Of a DNA stretch of 64,000 nucleotides, positions 14,531 through 28,349 are shown piece after piece (position 1 is the stretch's first letter; every line of letters begins with the position of its first letter). The stretch is from Octopus vulgaris (taxonomy: Eukaryota), in assembly GCA_951406725.2 (NCBI GenBank), contig OX597815.1:34720001-34784000 (forward strand). The letters are read 5' to 3'. A program made the position numbers and the translations under genes. The notes beneath the pieces were generated by a model. That model had not been told where the DNA came from. It made no database searches and worked only from the letters and a program-made list of their open reading frames with translations.

Positions 14531-14800
14531 TGACCCTTTAGCATTCAGATTACTCTGTCAAATGCTATACCTATCTATTCATATCATTTTGAATTAATCA
14601 TACATTGTCTTGTAGCTTCAGCATTTTGATAATGTGATTGTATATCTTTAGAATGACATAGTAGAATAGGTGTGAAAGACTGGATCTGACCAGTTTGAAC
14701 GTAAAGCAGGTATCCTGTATTATCTCATAGCTTTGAAATTTTGATGATTTTGTTAGGCCAGATCTGGCAAGTTTGAACATGAAACAGAATATCTGGGCCT
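14531..14800. mobile_element. piggyBac-type MITE (subfamily 2), partial
   Basis: Starts ACCCTTTAGCATTCAGATTACTCTGT, homologous to 47276-47495; internal duplication of GATCTG.C.AGTTTGAAC. Confidence 0.6.
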
Positions 14801-15082
14801 ATACTAACATCTTGTCTGCCATTACATTCTGAGTTCAACCAAGATTGACTTTGCCTTTCATCCAGTTGCATGTAATCAACTAGACTCCCCCGCAAATTTC
14901 AAACCATTCTGCCTATAATAGAATGGATTATTTGGGTGGTGTTTGAAGCAGAAGACACAAGGTTTAATTTAAATCAATATAAAACAGTAAAGTTTATATA
15001 TTAGAACCAGGAGCAGTCTGCGGTGGGTTGGTGTGAAAAGGGTTAAGGATAAGGAAACAGTTGGAAAGTGATGCATGAAGAC

Positions 15083-15270
15083 ATCATCATCATCATCAAC
15101 ATTCATTATCTGTTTTCCATGCTGGCATCAGTTGGATGGCTTTTCAGGAACTGGAAAGGCCAGGGGCCGCACTATTTTCCATAATCTGTTTTGGTTTGGT
15201 CTCAACAGCTTGATGCCCTTCCTAACACCAACCACTTTACAGAGTGTACTAGGTGCTTTTTACATGGCAC
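15083..15270 (-). mobile_element. Family C repeat
   Basis: (CAT)n, TTTTCCATGCTGGCAT and GATGCCCTTCCTAACACCAACCAC. Confidence 0.7.
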
Positions 15271-15815
15271 TAAGTAAAATGCCTTCATACACTTAGAAGT
15301 AGGTAACCTGAACCATTCCCAGGCAGTATATGCTTCTTTTGTAAAATCAACTGACTGTTTTACTAAACCTCTGTTACTCATAGAAATTATTATTAGAATT
15401 TCTGATCAAAAATATATCATCCCCTACATATTGGCATTGCATCTGATTTTTGTGTTCCATCCCATTATCTGAAAAAAGAGTTTGAATTACTACTTTTGCA
15501 ATCCAATTCTGGGTAGGTTATTTTTGATATAATAACTAAGCATTAGAGTATGTTAGCTTCTAGTTTTCTTAATATCACATCACATTAGAATGGTAGAGAG
15601 AATGGGAAAATGAAGTAGAGATTTAGTTATTGCTGTTGTTTAATCCCAGATAACTATTGATTGAAGAAACTTATGATTGAATTTGTGTCATTTGTGGTTT
15701 TATTAAGATGTAGTGTAAGTAAGATTGTGTTAGTCAAAGTAGATGGGTTAAAAAAAAAGAAGAAAGAATTCAAAATTACTGTTGTTGAGAATGATAGTAC
15801 CATGTCAGAGAGTGT

Positions 15816-15985
15816 TTCTTATTTCTTTACTGTCCACAAGGGGCTACACACAGAGGGGACAAACAAGGACAGAGAAACGGATTGAGTCGATTATATCAAC
15901 CAGTGCATATCTGGTACTTATTTAATCGACCTCGAAAGGAGGGAAGGCAAAGTTGACCGTGGCAGAATTTGAACTCAGAACGTAG
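15816..15985 (-). mobile_element. SINE family B (body and tail)
   Basis: Reverse complement of about 29270-29437. Confidence 0.85.
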
Positions 15986-16539
15986 CGAAAGTGTTTCTGA
16001 GTATAAACATTGGTGGTCTTCTGTATTTCAGTTTGGAAGTGGGGGCAGGCACCAACTCATAGACCCTAGCATTCCTATGTCCACTTTGTAATTATGTAGT
16101 TCCAGGTTCAATCCCACTGCATGAAATTTTAGGCATGTGTCTTCTACAGCAGCTTGAGATGGCTGAATCTTTGTGAGTGAAATTTTGTCGTTGGAAACTA
16201 CATGGAAGCCTGTCTGAGATACATGTCTTGTTTTTGATAGTAGAGTTAACTTGTTGCCTGGTTGAACACTATCGTTTAGCCCTTGGTACCTTTAATGGAG
16301 TTTGCTCTATTCATTTCATGCCAGGTCTCCAGTATGATGACTTCCCCCTTTTGTCCCCATCAATCTTAAACCCCTTTTCCATTATATACCACCAAAAATA
16401 GGTTTTGGAGGACTTTATGAAGTACTGAAGAATGACTTCAGGAGGCTGAACCATTCAAGCGAGATGACAAGGGACTGAGATGCCTTCTTGTACTCCACAG
16501 CAGAAGTGTTAAGACCAGTCCCTCTTGTGGTGAAAAGCA

Positions 16540-16800
16540 CACATGGCAGGATCACATACAAGTGCCACATAAAATCATCTTTGTGGTGCCATGTGAAAAT
16601 GCCTGTGCAATGCCACATAAAAGCACCCAGCTCACTCTGTAAAGTGGTTGGCATTAAGAAGGGCATTGCAGCCATAGAAACCATGCCTGGAGTCTGGTGC
16701 GGCTCCTCAGCTTGCTGGCTCTGTTCAAACCATCTAACCCATGTCAGCGTGGGCAATAGACATTAACTGATGGTGGTGGTGGTGATAGTGATGATGATGA
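16540..16800 (+). mobile_element. Family C repeat
   Basis: GTGGTTGGCATTAAGAAGGGCAT...AACCCATGTCAGC followed by a (GAT/GGT)n tail. Confidence 0.7.
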
Positions 16801-18030
16801 ATTACAGTTTTAATTTGATATTACTGTGGAGTCTCAGTGATACAGATCTGTTCAACTCTACAGTTAACCCTCGGAGTACCAACCTGCTTCAGACTAATCA
16901 CTCATACTAAGGCCTTCATATTTAAAATCAGATTTTGACCAAAATCTCAACACTAGAATATTATGCTGTAATATATAAAATTGCAGATATGTTGCTAAAC
17001 CTTTCTAAAATCTTAAAAAACTTATATTGTCTATTCATGGAGATAACTATTACAAGTTAAAAATTAATACATAGGAAATATTTGTTGTGGTTTCCCGGCC
17101 AGTGATAATAAACCAATGTGAGAGTAGAGCAATGCTGTGAGAAAAGTGGATGGAGTGTCAGAAGATGGTGGTGGCATTGGTGAAGTAGTCCATTATAATT
17201 GAGGAAGGTGTGGTCGTAGTGGTGGTGGTGGTGGTGTATCACAATACTTGTGAGAAAGGTGGTTGTACATTATAATGGTGGGGAAGGTAGTGGTGGAATG
17301 GCACAACAAGAAAGTAGATGAAGTGTGGCACACAGTGTAATAGTTTGAAAGATAGGTAGTGAGGTATTACAGTGGCACAAATGATGAATGTGGTGTGGCA
17401 CAGAAAGAGAGCTGTTGTTGGTGGGATGCAGGCAGTAGGGAATGAATTAGTGAAATAGCACAATCAGTAGATATTATTTTTATGACTTGCAGTATTTTCT
17501 TATGCTTCTTTACATTCCATGTTCAGATCAAATCTCAGGTGACTATTGTTCATTCATCAACAAACCCCTTTGTTTAATACCATCATCTAACCTCTAGGTA
17601 CTTTTAACAAACTTCCCTTTGTTTCAGGGCTTTCAGTCTGCTATTAGACCTCTCTCTATTTTGGGGCCCTCACACTACCTTTACTTCATTCCCTTTATTT
17701 CAAGGCCCTCAGGTTACCATTAGTAGGTTTCACTCTGTTTCAATTCCCTTTGGCTGTTTTTAGCGCATATCACTTTATTGCAACCATTCAGAGTGGGTCT
17801 TAGTTTTCAGCTTCTTTTTATGCTCTTGCTTTTCTTGTAGATGTTCAGACTGAACATCATCAGCCACATTAGTTTGTGAGTTTCTGTAAAAGTCAGGAGA
17901 CACTCTACTTTCTTTGATACCATTAATGATGCCCCTTTATTGCATTTGTGGTCAGATGTTAATCTAAGAAGTCAATATACAATACTAAGAGACGGACAAT
18001 TGTAACAGGAATTGGATAGTTTCAGTTTCT

Positions 18031-18430
18031 TATTTCTTTATTGCCCACAAGGGGCCAAACATAGTGGGAACAAACAAGGATAGACAAAAGAATTAAGTCG
18101 ATTACATCAGCCCCAGTGCGTAACTGGTACTTAATTTTCGACCCCCAAAAAGATGAAAGGCAAATTCGACCTCGGCAGAATTTGAACTCAGAACCTAATG
18201 GCAGACAAAATACCTATTTCTTTACTACCCACAAGGGGCTAAACACAGAGGGGATGAACAAGGACAGACAAACGGATTAAGTTGATTATATCAACCCCAG
18301 TACGTAATTGGTACTTATTTAATTGACCCTGAAAGGATGAAAGGCAAAGTTGACCTCAGCAGAATTTGAACTCAGAACATAACAGCAGACGAAATACCGC
18401 TAAGCATTTCGCCCGGCGTGCTCACGTTTT
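18031..18430 (-). mobile_element. SINE family B dimer (one head, two body/tail units, 184-bp period)
   Basis: Units begin TATTTCTTTA at 18031 and 18215; both contain GAATTTGAACTCAGAAC. Confidence 0.88.
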
Positions 18431-19580
18431 TGATTAAGCTACATGTTTAAGTAGATTTGATTTGTAAATACTACAAATTATATGATTAATATAATCATCT
18501 GTTTATACTACTATATCAAATTTTGGCAAATTGCAAGTTACATAATGCTCTTTGGAATTTAGTGTGTGACTTGCTCAAATAGCTAACCATTTATTTCTTA
18601 AATTCTTTTTCTTTGTTTCTGTTTTTTTTTGTTTTGTGTGTGGTGGGGGTATTGATATGAAATTGAAAAGCCCAGGGACAGGAATAAATACCTCAATTCT
18701 TGATTAACAACAAGTATTTACCAATAAAATTATTCAATAGAAGTAGTCAAGTTTATTATGTATAGAGTTGATTGTGACATGAAGTTTCTCTAGGCTTATT
18801 GAAACTGTCAAATAAATTCTCATGAAATGAACTTGGTCACTGTCAACTACATGCGTATTTGTAAGTTTGAGTCAATTCTTAATTGGAGTTGCTGCTCGTC
18901 TAAAGGTATCAGAAGATCAGATCTCACTCATAAGTTCAAGCTTCAGCATAGTTTCTACAACTGTGTGTAGTTCATCATGGCACCAATTCTAGAGAGGTTG
19001 TCATGTCCTCGACATGACTAAAGAATCCTTCCATCCTAATTTGTCTCTGTTCCATTATGTGCCACGTAGAGTGTATCATCATCACCATCTTCACCACCCT
19101 CATTATCATCGCCATCTGCATCCTCATCATTGCATCTGCTTTTCCATGCTAGCAGGGTTGAATGAGACCTTTGGAGTTATTAATTGCTGTAACTTCAGAA
19201 GTTACCCTGGGGGCCCCAGATTCGGGTTAGAACATTTCTGAAATAAAAATAATACACTTTTACGATGTGTTTTGCAGCATCAAAAATGTAAATAGATGCT
19301 TCTTCACTTCTTAGCATCTTGATATTATCATACAAAAGTTTTTGGTTGAGTAAATCTGTTTCTCCATGGTATTACAGCTGGTTGCTGCTGTTACTGCTGC
19401 TGCTTGTTCCTGGCATACTTGATGTTTATCATTGCACTCTTTACACAACATATCCTGATCATGATTATGATAATTAATTATATGCTATTTGCATTGTAGT
19501 GAGAGATGTTTTATACACAAATACACGTTTTTCATTGATTAAATGATTGTACACAAAAACTGAGTAGTGACAGTTTAAAT

Positions 19581-19894
19581 CAAAGGTCCTCAACCATTTT
19601 CTGTCTGTGGACCCCTTAGATCACTATTTTATTCTGATGGACTCCCTTCGCCATTTAATGTTTAAAAACTAGTTTTCCGGAAACTTCTTTCAAAATTCCT
19701 ATTTAAATTTTCACACATCAACTTGCGTGTGTTGAATAATGTAAAATGTTAGAGAAGGAAACCTGGCTGTTTCTTGCAATGCATACATCTAAAGTAAAAT
19801 TTTTTCAAGAGCTCTTAAAATACTATTGGGGATCCAAAATTTACCATTTTCCAGCATGATCTCCTAAAAATTGGACCCTGGTTAAGAAGCACTG
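19581..19894. mobile_element. hAT-type MITE
   Basis: 8-bp TSD GTTTAAAT at 19573-80 and 19895-902; degenerate TIRs CAAAGGTCCTCAACC / GGTTAAGAAGCACTG. Confidence 0.75.
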
Positions 19895-20003
19895 GTTTAA
19901 ATAAATGAATACTGTTACAAATACTGAGCACTCTTTTTCTCATTGGTGAAAACCCAAATTTACATACATGCATATCTGTGTGTGTATGTATGTATGTATG
20001 TAT

Positions 20004-20205
20004 TGGTGGCATGTAAAGCACCATCTGGTCATGGTTAATGCCAGCTCCTCTGTGGCATGTAAAAAGCACCCACACTCGGAGTGGTTGGCATTAGGATGGG
20101 CATCCAGCTGTAGAAGCACTGCCAGATTGGATTAGGGCCTGGTGCAGCCTCCTGGCTACCCAGACCCCAGTCAAACCGTCCAACCCATTCCAGCATGGAA
20201 AACGG
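20004..20205 (+). mobile_element. Family C repeat
   Basis: GGTGGCATGTAAA..GCACC twice, GTGGTTGGCATTAGGATGGGCATCCAGCTGTAGAA and AACCCATTCCAGCATGGAAAACGGA. Confidence 0.8.
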
Positions 20206-20871
20206 ATCTCCCTTAAATCATACATTTTCCTCTGCAATTATTAACTTTTAAAGCTGAATATGTTTCTCTCATGGTTTTTAAGTCTCTAAAATGAAAAAAA
20301 AATGGGCAAAATCGTTTTGGACTAGGGTGGTGGGAATGAAAATAAATTTTCTAAATTTTCTTTTTTTTATTCGTGTGAAGATGCCTCCCTTCATTCTGAA
20401 AACTTTCATGAAAAACATTGGAAAAAATCCCGTCAAAACGGAGAAATTCTAATTTATGTGAACTGTCTGATCCAGAACTACGTTTTTTAGAAACTCCTCC
20501 TTCTACCCCCTTTCAAAAAATGTTGCCTACAAATTTCATAATTGTGATCTATACTGTTTGAAAGTTCTTTGTATAAAATTTCATTAAAAAATACCTATTT
20601 CCCAGAAAGTTATGAAGGGGAAAATGTTGGGCCCTGTGAATTTTCCGAAACTCCTCTCCTCAATTTCTCAGAAAAGTTTTTTTTACAACAAATCTTTATA
20701 TACACTCAATGTAAAGAATATAAGCAATTATTTGGTGAAAGTTTCGTTAAAAAGTATCCATTTTTCTGGAAGCTATGTATTTTCAGTAAAATTTAACATT
20801 AACTTCCATTACATTTTCAAAGAATTAATGGATTAACAATTAACAAAGTTAACTTGATTAACAGTACCCAC

Positions 20872-20948
<77 letters not shown>

Positions 20949-22444
20949 ATATATATAGATATGTATATGTATATAAGCACACACACACACACATGGTGGT
21001 AATGATGAAGGATGCTGCACAAATGACTAACTATTGGTTCAATCCAAAGATAATCATAAAACCATGAATACTAGCAAGTGGAATTTCCTTGAACAGGACC
21101 ATCCCTCATTCCAGGTTCCTTCTTCATCCCTCCCATGACAGAATCAATCTGGTTGAAGCTGATTCTTAAATCAAAACACACACACACACACATAATGAGT
21201 AGACCGTAGTCTAATCTCATATGATCACTGAGCTGATATAGCATATGATATATGCTTTAGTAATTTACTAACGAGAAATTTAGTAACATATCCACTAGCA
21301 TCAACTTTGACTGCTGTTATGAAAGTATCCAGCTGTAAAATATTTTGCCCCAGTTATACATCCGTTATACATAGTCATTGTTGGTAGTCATACTAATACC
21401 GCTACTACACTTCTGTACAATTTTATATGCAACAGCTGTTTGTTGGTGGATCAATCCAACCCATGGAAGCAGAGTATGGGTGGTGGTGATGGAGAGATTT
21501 CCAAGTGGAAGGCAGGTAGTTGGGGGCTGGGATAAGAGTCTGGCATTTTTACAGCAAGAGCTGGCTACTGTGTTGTGTGAGTTGTGTAAAGGAAGTAGAA
21601 TAAGGAATTTGGGTTCAGTTACTGTCTGACTTTGCAATGAAGCGTGTGCGTGTGTCTGTGTGTATTTAATCTTATTATTACCAAGAAGTCAAATACAGCA
21701 GATTCTATATAGTCCTATGTTGAAAGGTTTGAATGGTGGCAGGAGATGATGTAAATGTAAATATGCATAATGCTTTGTTTGTTTCATTTGAATTGTTCTG
21801 TGTAATGGATGGAGGGATGGAAAAGAGGAAGATGAAGAGAGAGAGAGAGTTCCTATGTGATGTAGTTTATAGGTTGGAAGGAATAGGTCTGTTTGGAATA
21901 ACATGTAGGAAGGAGATACTTTTTCTTTGTTCTGTGGTGTGTGACAAGGAAGGAGAGTCTAAACCGACAAGTGAATAATCTCTGCATCAGGGTAATGTTT
22001 TCCATGTGTGTGGGAGTAATTCAGTTATTATTAGCTGTACCGGTGGGTTAGGTTTGGAACATTTACATGTTACAGCAATTGTTTTTACAGCTGGGTGGGT
22101 TATTCTATAGATAACCAGTCAACTGTAATGTTAGATGCCTGTGAGTCAAAATTATGGAAGCTGAAGAGACTGACAGACAGACAAAGAGTTGACCTGGAGT
22201 AGAGAGGGCTTATCATCGATGAGGTCACAAATGGTGACAAAAAAGGATTTTGACAAACTTAGCTTGATTCATTGACCAACTGAGTAATCAAGCGATCAGT
22301 TAATTGGTTAAATTCTCAACCAATTAACAAATATAAATAAGTGAAATTAAACCAGTGCATGTGTCTACTATTGGTATAATGACCCTCCCTAGATAACAAC
22401 AAAACATGTTCCAACACATGAAGAACATTGCAAACTAAATACAA

Positions 22445-22496
<52 letters not shown>

Positions 22497-22899
22497 ATGT
22501 GTGTCTACCTGTATAAATGAGGAATGGCCATAGCTGCAGTCTATATTTTAACATAGTTCTAGAATGTAGTGTTTGTGCCCATTTTGAATCAACTCTTCCC
22601 ACCACTTTAGCAAAATTATTAGCAACATTACCTCTATTTAGTTACTCTCTTTCCCACTCCTCAAAGTTCGTTCAATTTCTATGACTTTCTAAAACTTCAT
22701 AATCACCATTAATTAATTTAACTACATCTTGCCATGTATTTGAAAACATCTATTTCATTTCACTTCTCTCTAGTATCATCTTCTTTGGAGACTTTATTGA
22801 ACATGGATTATCAAGACTTCTGCACTCCCTGCCACCATACACACACACACATGCAAGTGCACCCTGACACACTGCTGGCACAGACACAGAATTGTTTGC

Positions 22900-24300
22900 T
22901 ATTCTGAACTGTTGATACCAATCAGTAACCCTTGCCATCCCACCTGACTGACATGCTGACTCTTAATATACTCTTGACCTCTTTCTCACTACCAAACTAA
23001 CCTTTTCTAACCATTACTGCCATCTCTACTCTCATTGGATTATCCGACCTCTGTCTAATCAAGACACACACCTCACATCTTTCTGCTGCATAACAGCTCC
23101 TAACCCTTGAACTTTCAGTTAAGGCAGTTTACAATCCTAGCAGTTCTATGGTGACTCACCATGGCAAGAAACAGGCTTCACCTCTGACCCACCCAAGAAT
23201 GTTAAGCAGGTGACTGAAACCATTCTCTTCGGTATATACACATCGACATAGACACTCACATTCCCCACACAAGTGCAAGTACTCAAGTGGCTCGCTTATA
23301 GCTGCTCTGCAGCTGTAAAGCAAAGAATACTGTTAACAAATTAAGGAAGAAGTCACCATCCTCAACAGCAAATTGTGTACCCAGCACCACAAGACCTGAG
23401 AGATCATTAGAAACGAAAAGTATAGCGTAGTGTATCATATGACCTTTCAGCCTCTTTACCTCCTAAATGATAGCCTGGTTAGGAGAATCTGTAGAATTGT
23501 CTTTTCTGTTGTTTTTTTTAGCCAAGATGGTTCTATAAGCTGATATTTGATGCTCGTTTTGCTTCCAGCTACACAGTGTGTATGAACACAAAATAAAGCT
23601 CCTCGAAAACTCAGCTGTTTATCTCATCCACAAGAAGAGCAACCTGAGTAACCCCACCAACTGCTGACATATCACTCCTAACTTCCACCGTCTCAATAAT
23701 GATCATAATCTTTTAGTACTGAGTCACTTTCCTTTCTCAGTAACCACAAATATGGTTGCTGTTGAACCACATCTATCAGTGGTCTCTTCTTTTTTAGAAC
23801 TTTAGTTCTGTATCACCATATGATAGTACTCTCTCTCTTTCTCTTTCTCTCTGTCTCTCTCTCCCTCTCTCTCTGTTGATATATTCTTTTAACTCATGTA
23901 CTCCAAATTTAGGTTGTTTCACATACTGCTATGCAGCTCTCCCTTACCATTCACCTTTTGCACACATACATCATCCACACAAACCTAGATAACTCATCTG
24001 CTAAGAAGGACATACATAATAAGCTGCATCAACGGTTCGTGGACATAAATCCTTACACATATCATATGAAATAGTATTTTACTACAACCCTAGACATAAT
24101 GCAAATTCCAGGATCCACAATCTCAGATGATCTTTCATAGCAAGATTAGGGCAAAAATTAGACTTCCACTTTAAGGCCAGAAAATTCTTTAACTCTCATT
24201 AACTTGATCTTCCACAAAAGTTAATTGTAGCTTCCATTAAAATAGTGTTCACTCACCTTGCAGTCAGTGCCTCTACTGTACACAAATATTATAGGACACT
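22900..24300 (+). mobile_element. Highly decayed CR1/Jockey-like LINE reverse transcriptase remnant
   Basis: About 23617-23695 reads VYLIHKKSNLSNPTNC*HI..TSTVS (resembling PIHKKG..NYRPISLTS), then FLSNHKYG (resembling LSDxQYGFR); about 24100-24260 has TISDDLS* and FKARKFF. The 5' boundary is uncertain. Confidence 0.6.
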
Positions 24301-25733
24301 GTCAAAAATATTTTTACAGCTGCTCTGGATTCTTTTTGTAGTAGTAGACTAGATGATAAGCTTAGAAGAATTACAATATTGGCATATCACTTCATAGAGT
24401 TCAATTCAGTTATGTCCTGTATTTGAGCACCTAAATGTAATGTTTGTGTATTTAAGCTCCCAGATATACTGAGACAGGTTTTATGTCTAGAAATAATCTT
24501 CTGCAGTATACTACCCTGTCACAAGAGATGCTTATTTATTTTAATGCTAATCATTTGCAAATTAGTTCTTGCAAACTCTTTCTGTTGACCAGTGGAAATA
24601 AAATGTGTTATGTAATGTAATGAGATGTGGAGAATTTCAAGAAAGTACTCTACTATGAAAAACAAAGTTTAATTCACTTCCCATGTCACAAGTGCACATG
24701 CATGGAACTGAATATATTCTGTAAGGGTTAAATGCTAGGAAACAAGCCTGAGGCATTTGGGTTTTGTTTTGAAACATTTCAAAAAGCTAATAAATCTGCT
24801 AATGATCAGAGTTGAGTGTAAAGATTGAGAGAAAGGATTAGATGAATAGTTCAGTTTAATCTTTGTAATTCAACTAATCTCTTCTTGTTAGTGCAAATTG
24901 TTGTTAAAAACGTTTGTGTCACTAGTTTATATTGTTCTGTGGTTACAGGTAAAGTGTTTGTTGTTGAAAGAGGCACTTAGATCTGCTCCAATAGAACATT
25001 TGTATGTAATTATCAAAACATTAATTAGTGCTAGAAGTTGAGTGAGGCATTTATTTCTAAATGACCCCCTGTTGCCTTCATTTGACATTGAATGTAGCTT
25101 GTAACAGTCTTTAAGATTCGTTAGTCTGTGGTTAAATCAAATACTCCTGCTCTGAATTGTGTCAGTGAGTCAGTGAGTGAGAAGTTTTCAAGCCACTTTA
25201 ACGTCACTTAACTAATTGAGAGAATATACCCCTTGAGGCTTAATGAGCAAAATTATAATTATTTTTATTTTTTTCTAACTTTTTGTTTCAATTGATTATG
25301 GAATTTATTTCCTGTTCTGAATACATATTGCCACTTAATTACATGAGCAGCCAGGCCTGAAAAAAAGCATTATTTTCATTTTAGTAGATTGGAAAAAAAA
25401 AAGAAAAAAAAACCCCAAAAAAACAAAACAAAAAACCTAAGATATATTTCCTGAGATTAAAGAAAAAATATTAAGAAGTTACATGCACTTCTTTTGTTTT
25501 GTATTTTTGCCACTATTTCAGTTTCCTATGCTAAAAACAAGTAGTTTGTATCTTTTTATACTCTTCATGTCTTATGTGTTTATGAGAAGTAGTCAAAAAT
25601 ATTAGTATTTTGTCTGCAAGAAAATAATTGTAGAAAGGCTACATTCAAATGTTTTTCATATCATCATTTAATACCTGCATGTCATGCTAAAAATATGAGT
25701 GAATACCAATATAAAAATACACACACATACATA

Positions 25734-26114
25734 GGCGCATGAGTGGCTGTGTGGTAAGTAGCTTGTTTACCAACCACATGGTTCCGGGTTCAGTCCCACT
25801 GCATGGCACCTTGGGCAAGTGTCTTCTACTATAGCCTCGGGCCGACCAAAGCCTTGTGAGTGGATTTGGTAGACGGAAACTGAAAGAAGCCCGTCGTATA
25901 TATGTATGTGTCTGTGTTTGTCCCCCTAGCATTGCTTGACAACCGATGCTGGTGTGTTTACGTCCCCGTCACTTAGCGGTTTGGCAAAAAGAGATCGATA
26001 GAATAAGTACTGGGCTTACCAAGAATAAGTCCCGGGGTCGAGTTGCTCGACTAAAGGCGGTGCTCCAGCATGGCCGCAGTCAAATGACTGAAACAAGTAA
26101 AAGGGTAAAAAGAG
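25734..26114 (+). mobile_element. tRNA-derived SINE family A, full length
   Basis: A-box TGGCTGTGTGG, B-box GGTTCAGTCC, CORE-like ACCTTGGGCAAGT, 3' hairpin CAGTC-AAAT-GACTG and GTAAAAG-repeat tail. Confidence 0.92.
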
Positions 26115-28349
26115 TATATAATCCATTTAAGGAAGCTAGGAGAACCACAGTAGAGAACAAACAGTAGAGAGTGGAGATATTTTAATTCAGGTGATGGTAC
26201 TTATAAGACTAGTTGTAATTCTTCAGAATTAGTGATATATATAATAGTGTGTGTGAATGTGCATGCATAAGGTGCCTTTATATACTACTGTTTTTCTCAT
26301 ATTTTGTCTTTTATCATGCAATTCTTTGTCATGAGCTGCTCAAGGCAATCAAAAAGTTACCCACTTTAAAAAACAGGCCATTTTTGTTGTTAATATCATG
26401 TTTTTGGCATAGATTTTAATATATATCTCAATGTTCTGCTTACCACCAGCCACTTTACCATGTAGGCTGAGCACATTTTACCATGTCAGTTGCACTATAA
26501 TGCAGCAGAACTGAAGTGTTTTGGCTTTTTTTAATTCAGAGTTGTGGCTCTCCTAGATAGACTACTTGCACCTGACCTTGCAGAGGTCACATCTTCCAGT
26601 TTGTGTGTGTGTGTGTGTGTGTGTGTGAATGTGGGAGTGTGTCTTGTTAGTTTTAAGCATAGCTGTGGATGTGAAAGTGTTAACTCTGTAGAGTCTACAT
26701 TATAATAGTTTTAGCCATTAAGCAGAAGCATTTACAAGTATGTGACTAACATAAAGACACAATGCCGCTCTTAATGATGCGGACAGCACTAACTGATGGT
26801 ACTTGAAGAGATTGACACATAAAGTACAGTACAGTACATTATCTTCTAAGACTTACTGCTTATTTCAGTTTATTCCCTGGATATTGATAATCTGTCTTCA
26901 TTTGTAAAACATTAATGACTCAGCAATTTCTAAATTTTTCCTTTTTGTATGTAATAATTGTATTAGCTGTATATTGCAAAGGCTGCCTTCAATTGGAATA
27001 ATTAATTGCAGTTCAATTACTTATTCAATTATAATTTAGTTTAATTACCATATTTAAAAATGTTTTAACAGGTGAAATTGGTAATTGAGAAATAATGCAA
27101 AACTTGTTTTATTGTGTCTGTAAATGGATGCAATGCGTGTGGAGAGAGAGAGAGAGAGAATGAGGAAGAAAGGAGGGAGAAATAATGGGGTGAGGGTGCA
27201 CAATTACTGCTAAATCAGCAAGTTAACGAACAATGAACAAGTCTAAGCTTATTAATTGCCTAATATGTTGTTAAGGAAATTTGACTTCGTGTCTGTAAAT
27301 GGTAGCCACCCTGGGGATTCTAAGAGTTCACAAATATATTTTCTTAGTTATTGTTTATAATATTAGAGATGCTGGTGGTGACAGAGAAGGTGGTGGTGAT
27401 AGTAGGAAACATGCCCAATGTCATGTACATGGTAGATGCTATATATATAATATGTATAGAGTGCATAGATCATGTAGTGAAGGCCACTGGTGAAGTATCA
27501 CCCTTTCTCCAGACCAAACCATTTTGTTGAAGAGTGCCATGATATTTGAATAGTCCCAAACATGTGTGTAATTTTAGTAATGTGAATGTATAGTTTAAAT
27601 TGTTGATAGTTAACAGTCAAAAGAAAACTGTATGCTTAAAGCATTCATTACAGTAGAGGCTGTAGTAGTTACAGCTGAAACAAACAGAGAAAAGCTTTTA
27701 TTCATTTTAATGATAGCCCAGTTGTTTTAAAATGCTTTATAGGCAATGATGTTGTATAGAATCAATGTTCGTTTAAAGCTACTGATCTAAGCATTTCATC
27801 TCTCTCCATTGAAAGTTTGTCTTAAACGTCAGATCTCCCCCCCCCCCATCCATGGTAAACTAATTTATTCTGCTTCACAAACTTTTTGTATTTACTAATT
27901 GCTGTTGAGGATTATCACTGGTTTTCATCAGATTGTACCGTTTCAATTTAGTGGTTTGTACTGCAGACTATAGTTTTACAGATCCTAAAGATGAAAAATC
28001 AGTAACTGTTATACAGTCCCAGCTGTGTGGCGACTGTAAACTGACTGTAAGGGTCTTTCCACAATAGTTTCAGGTCAGCCCAAGATTTGTGAATGAGACT
28101 GTAAAATGAAACTGCAGAAGCTTGTTGAATGGATTGAGCCTTTAAGTCAAAGGGCCATACTGATTCTACTTAAGGAGTATGTGAAGGATACAAGTGTCTG
28201 TGGAATACTCATATACATAGGTGGTTGTGTTGATTCAACAAATGGAACACTCCTTGTCTAAACCAACTTAGATCCCTTTTATTTCATTGTAAATATTTCT
28301 GGATGTTGTGTTCAAGAAGGATATATATATATACATATGGGTGACACAT

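Noticed and set aside
25734-25810. tRNA-like A/B boxes as tRNA genes
   Set aside because: They are SINE heads continuing into a shared body; no complete cloverleaf was seen.
13309-26922. Several AP-1 (TGASTCA) sites upstream of brat
   Set aside because: The count is about what chance predicts for this length and composition.
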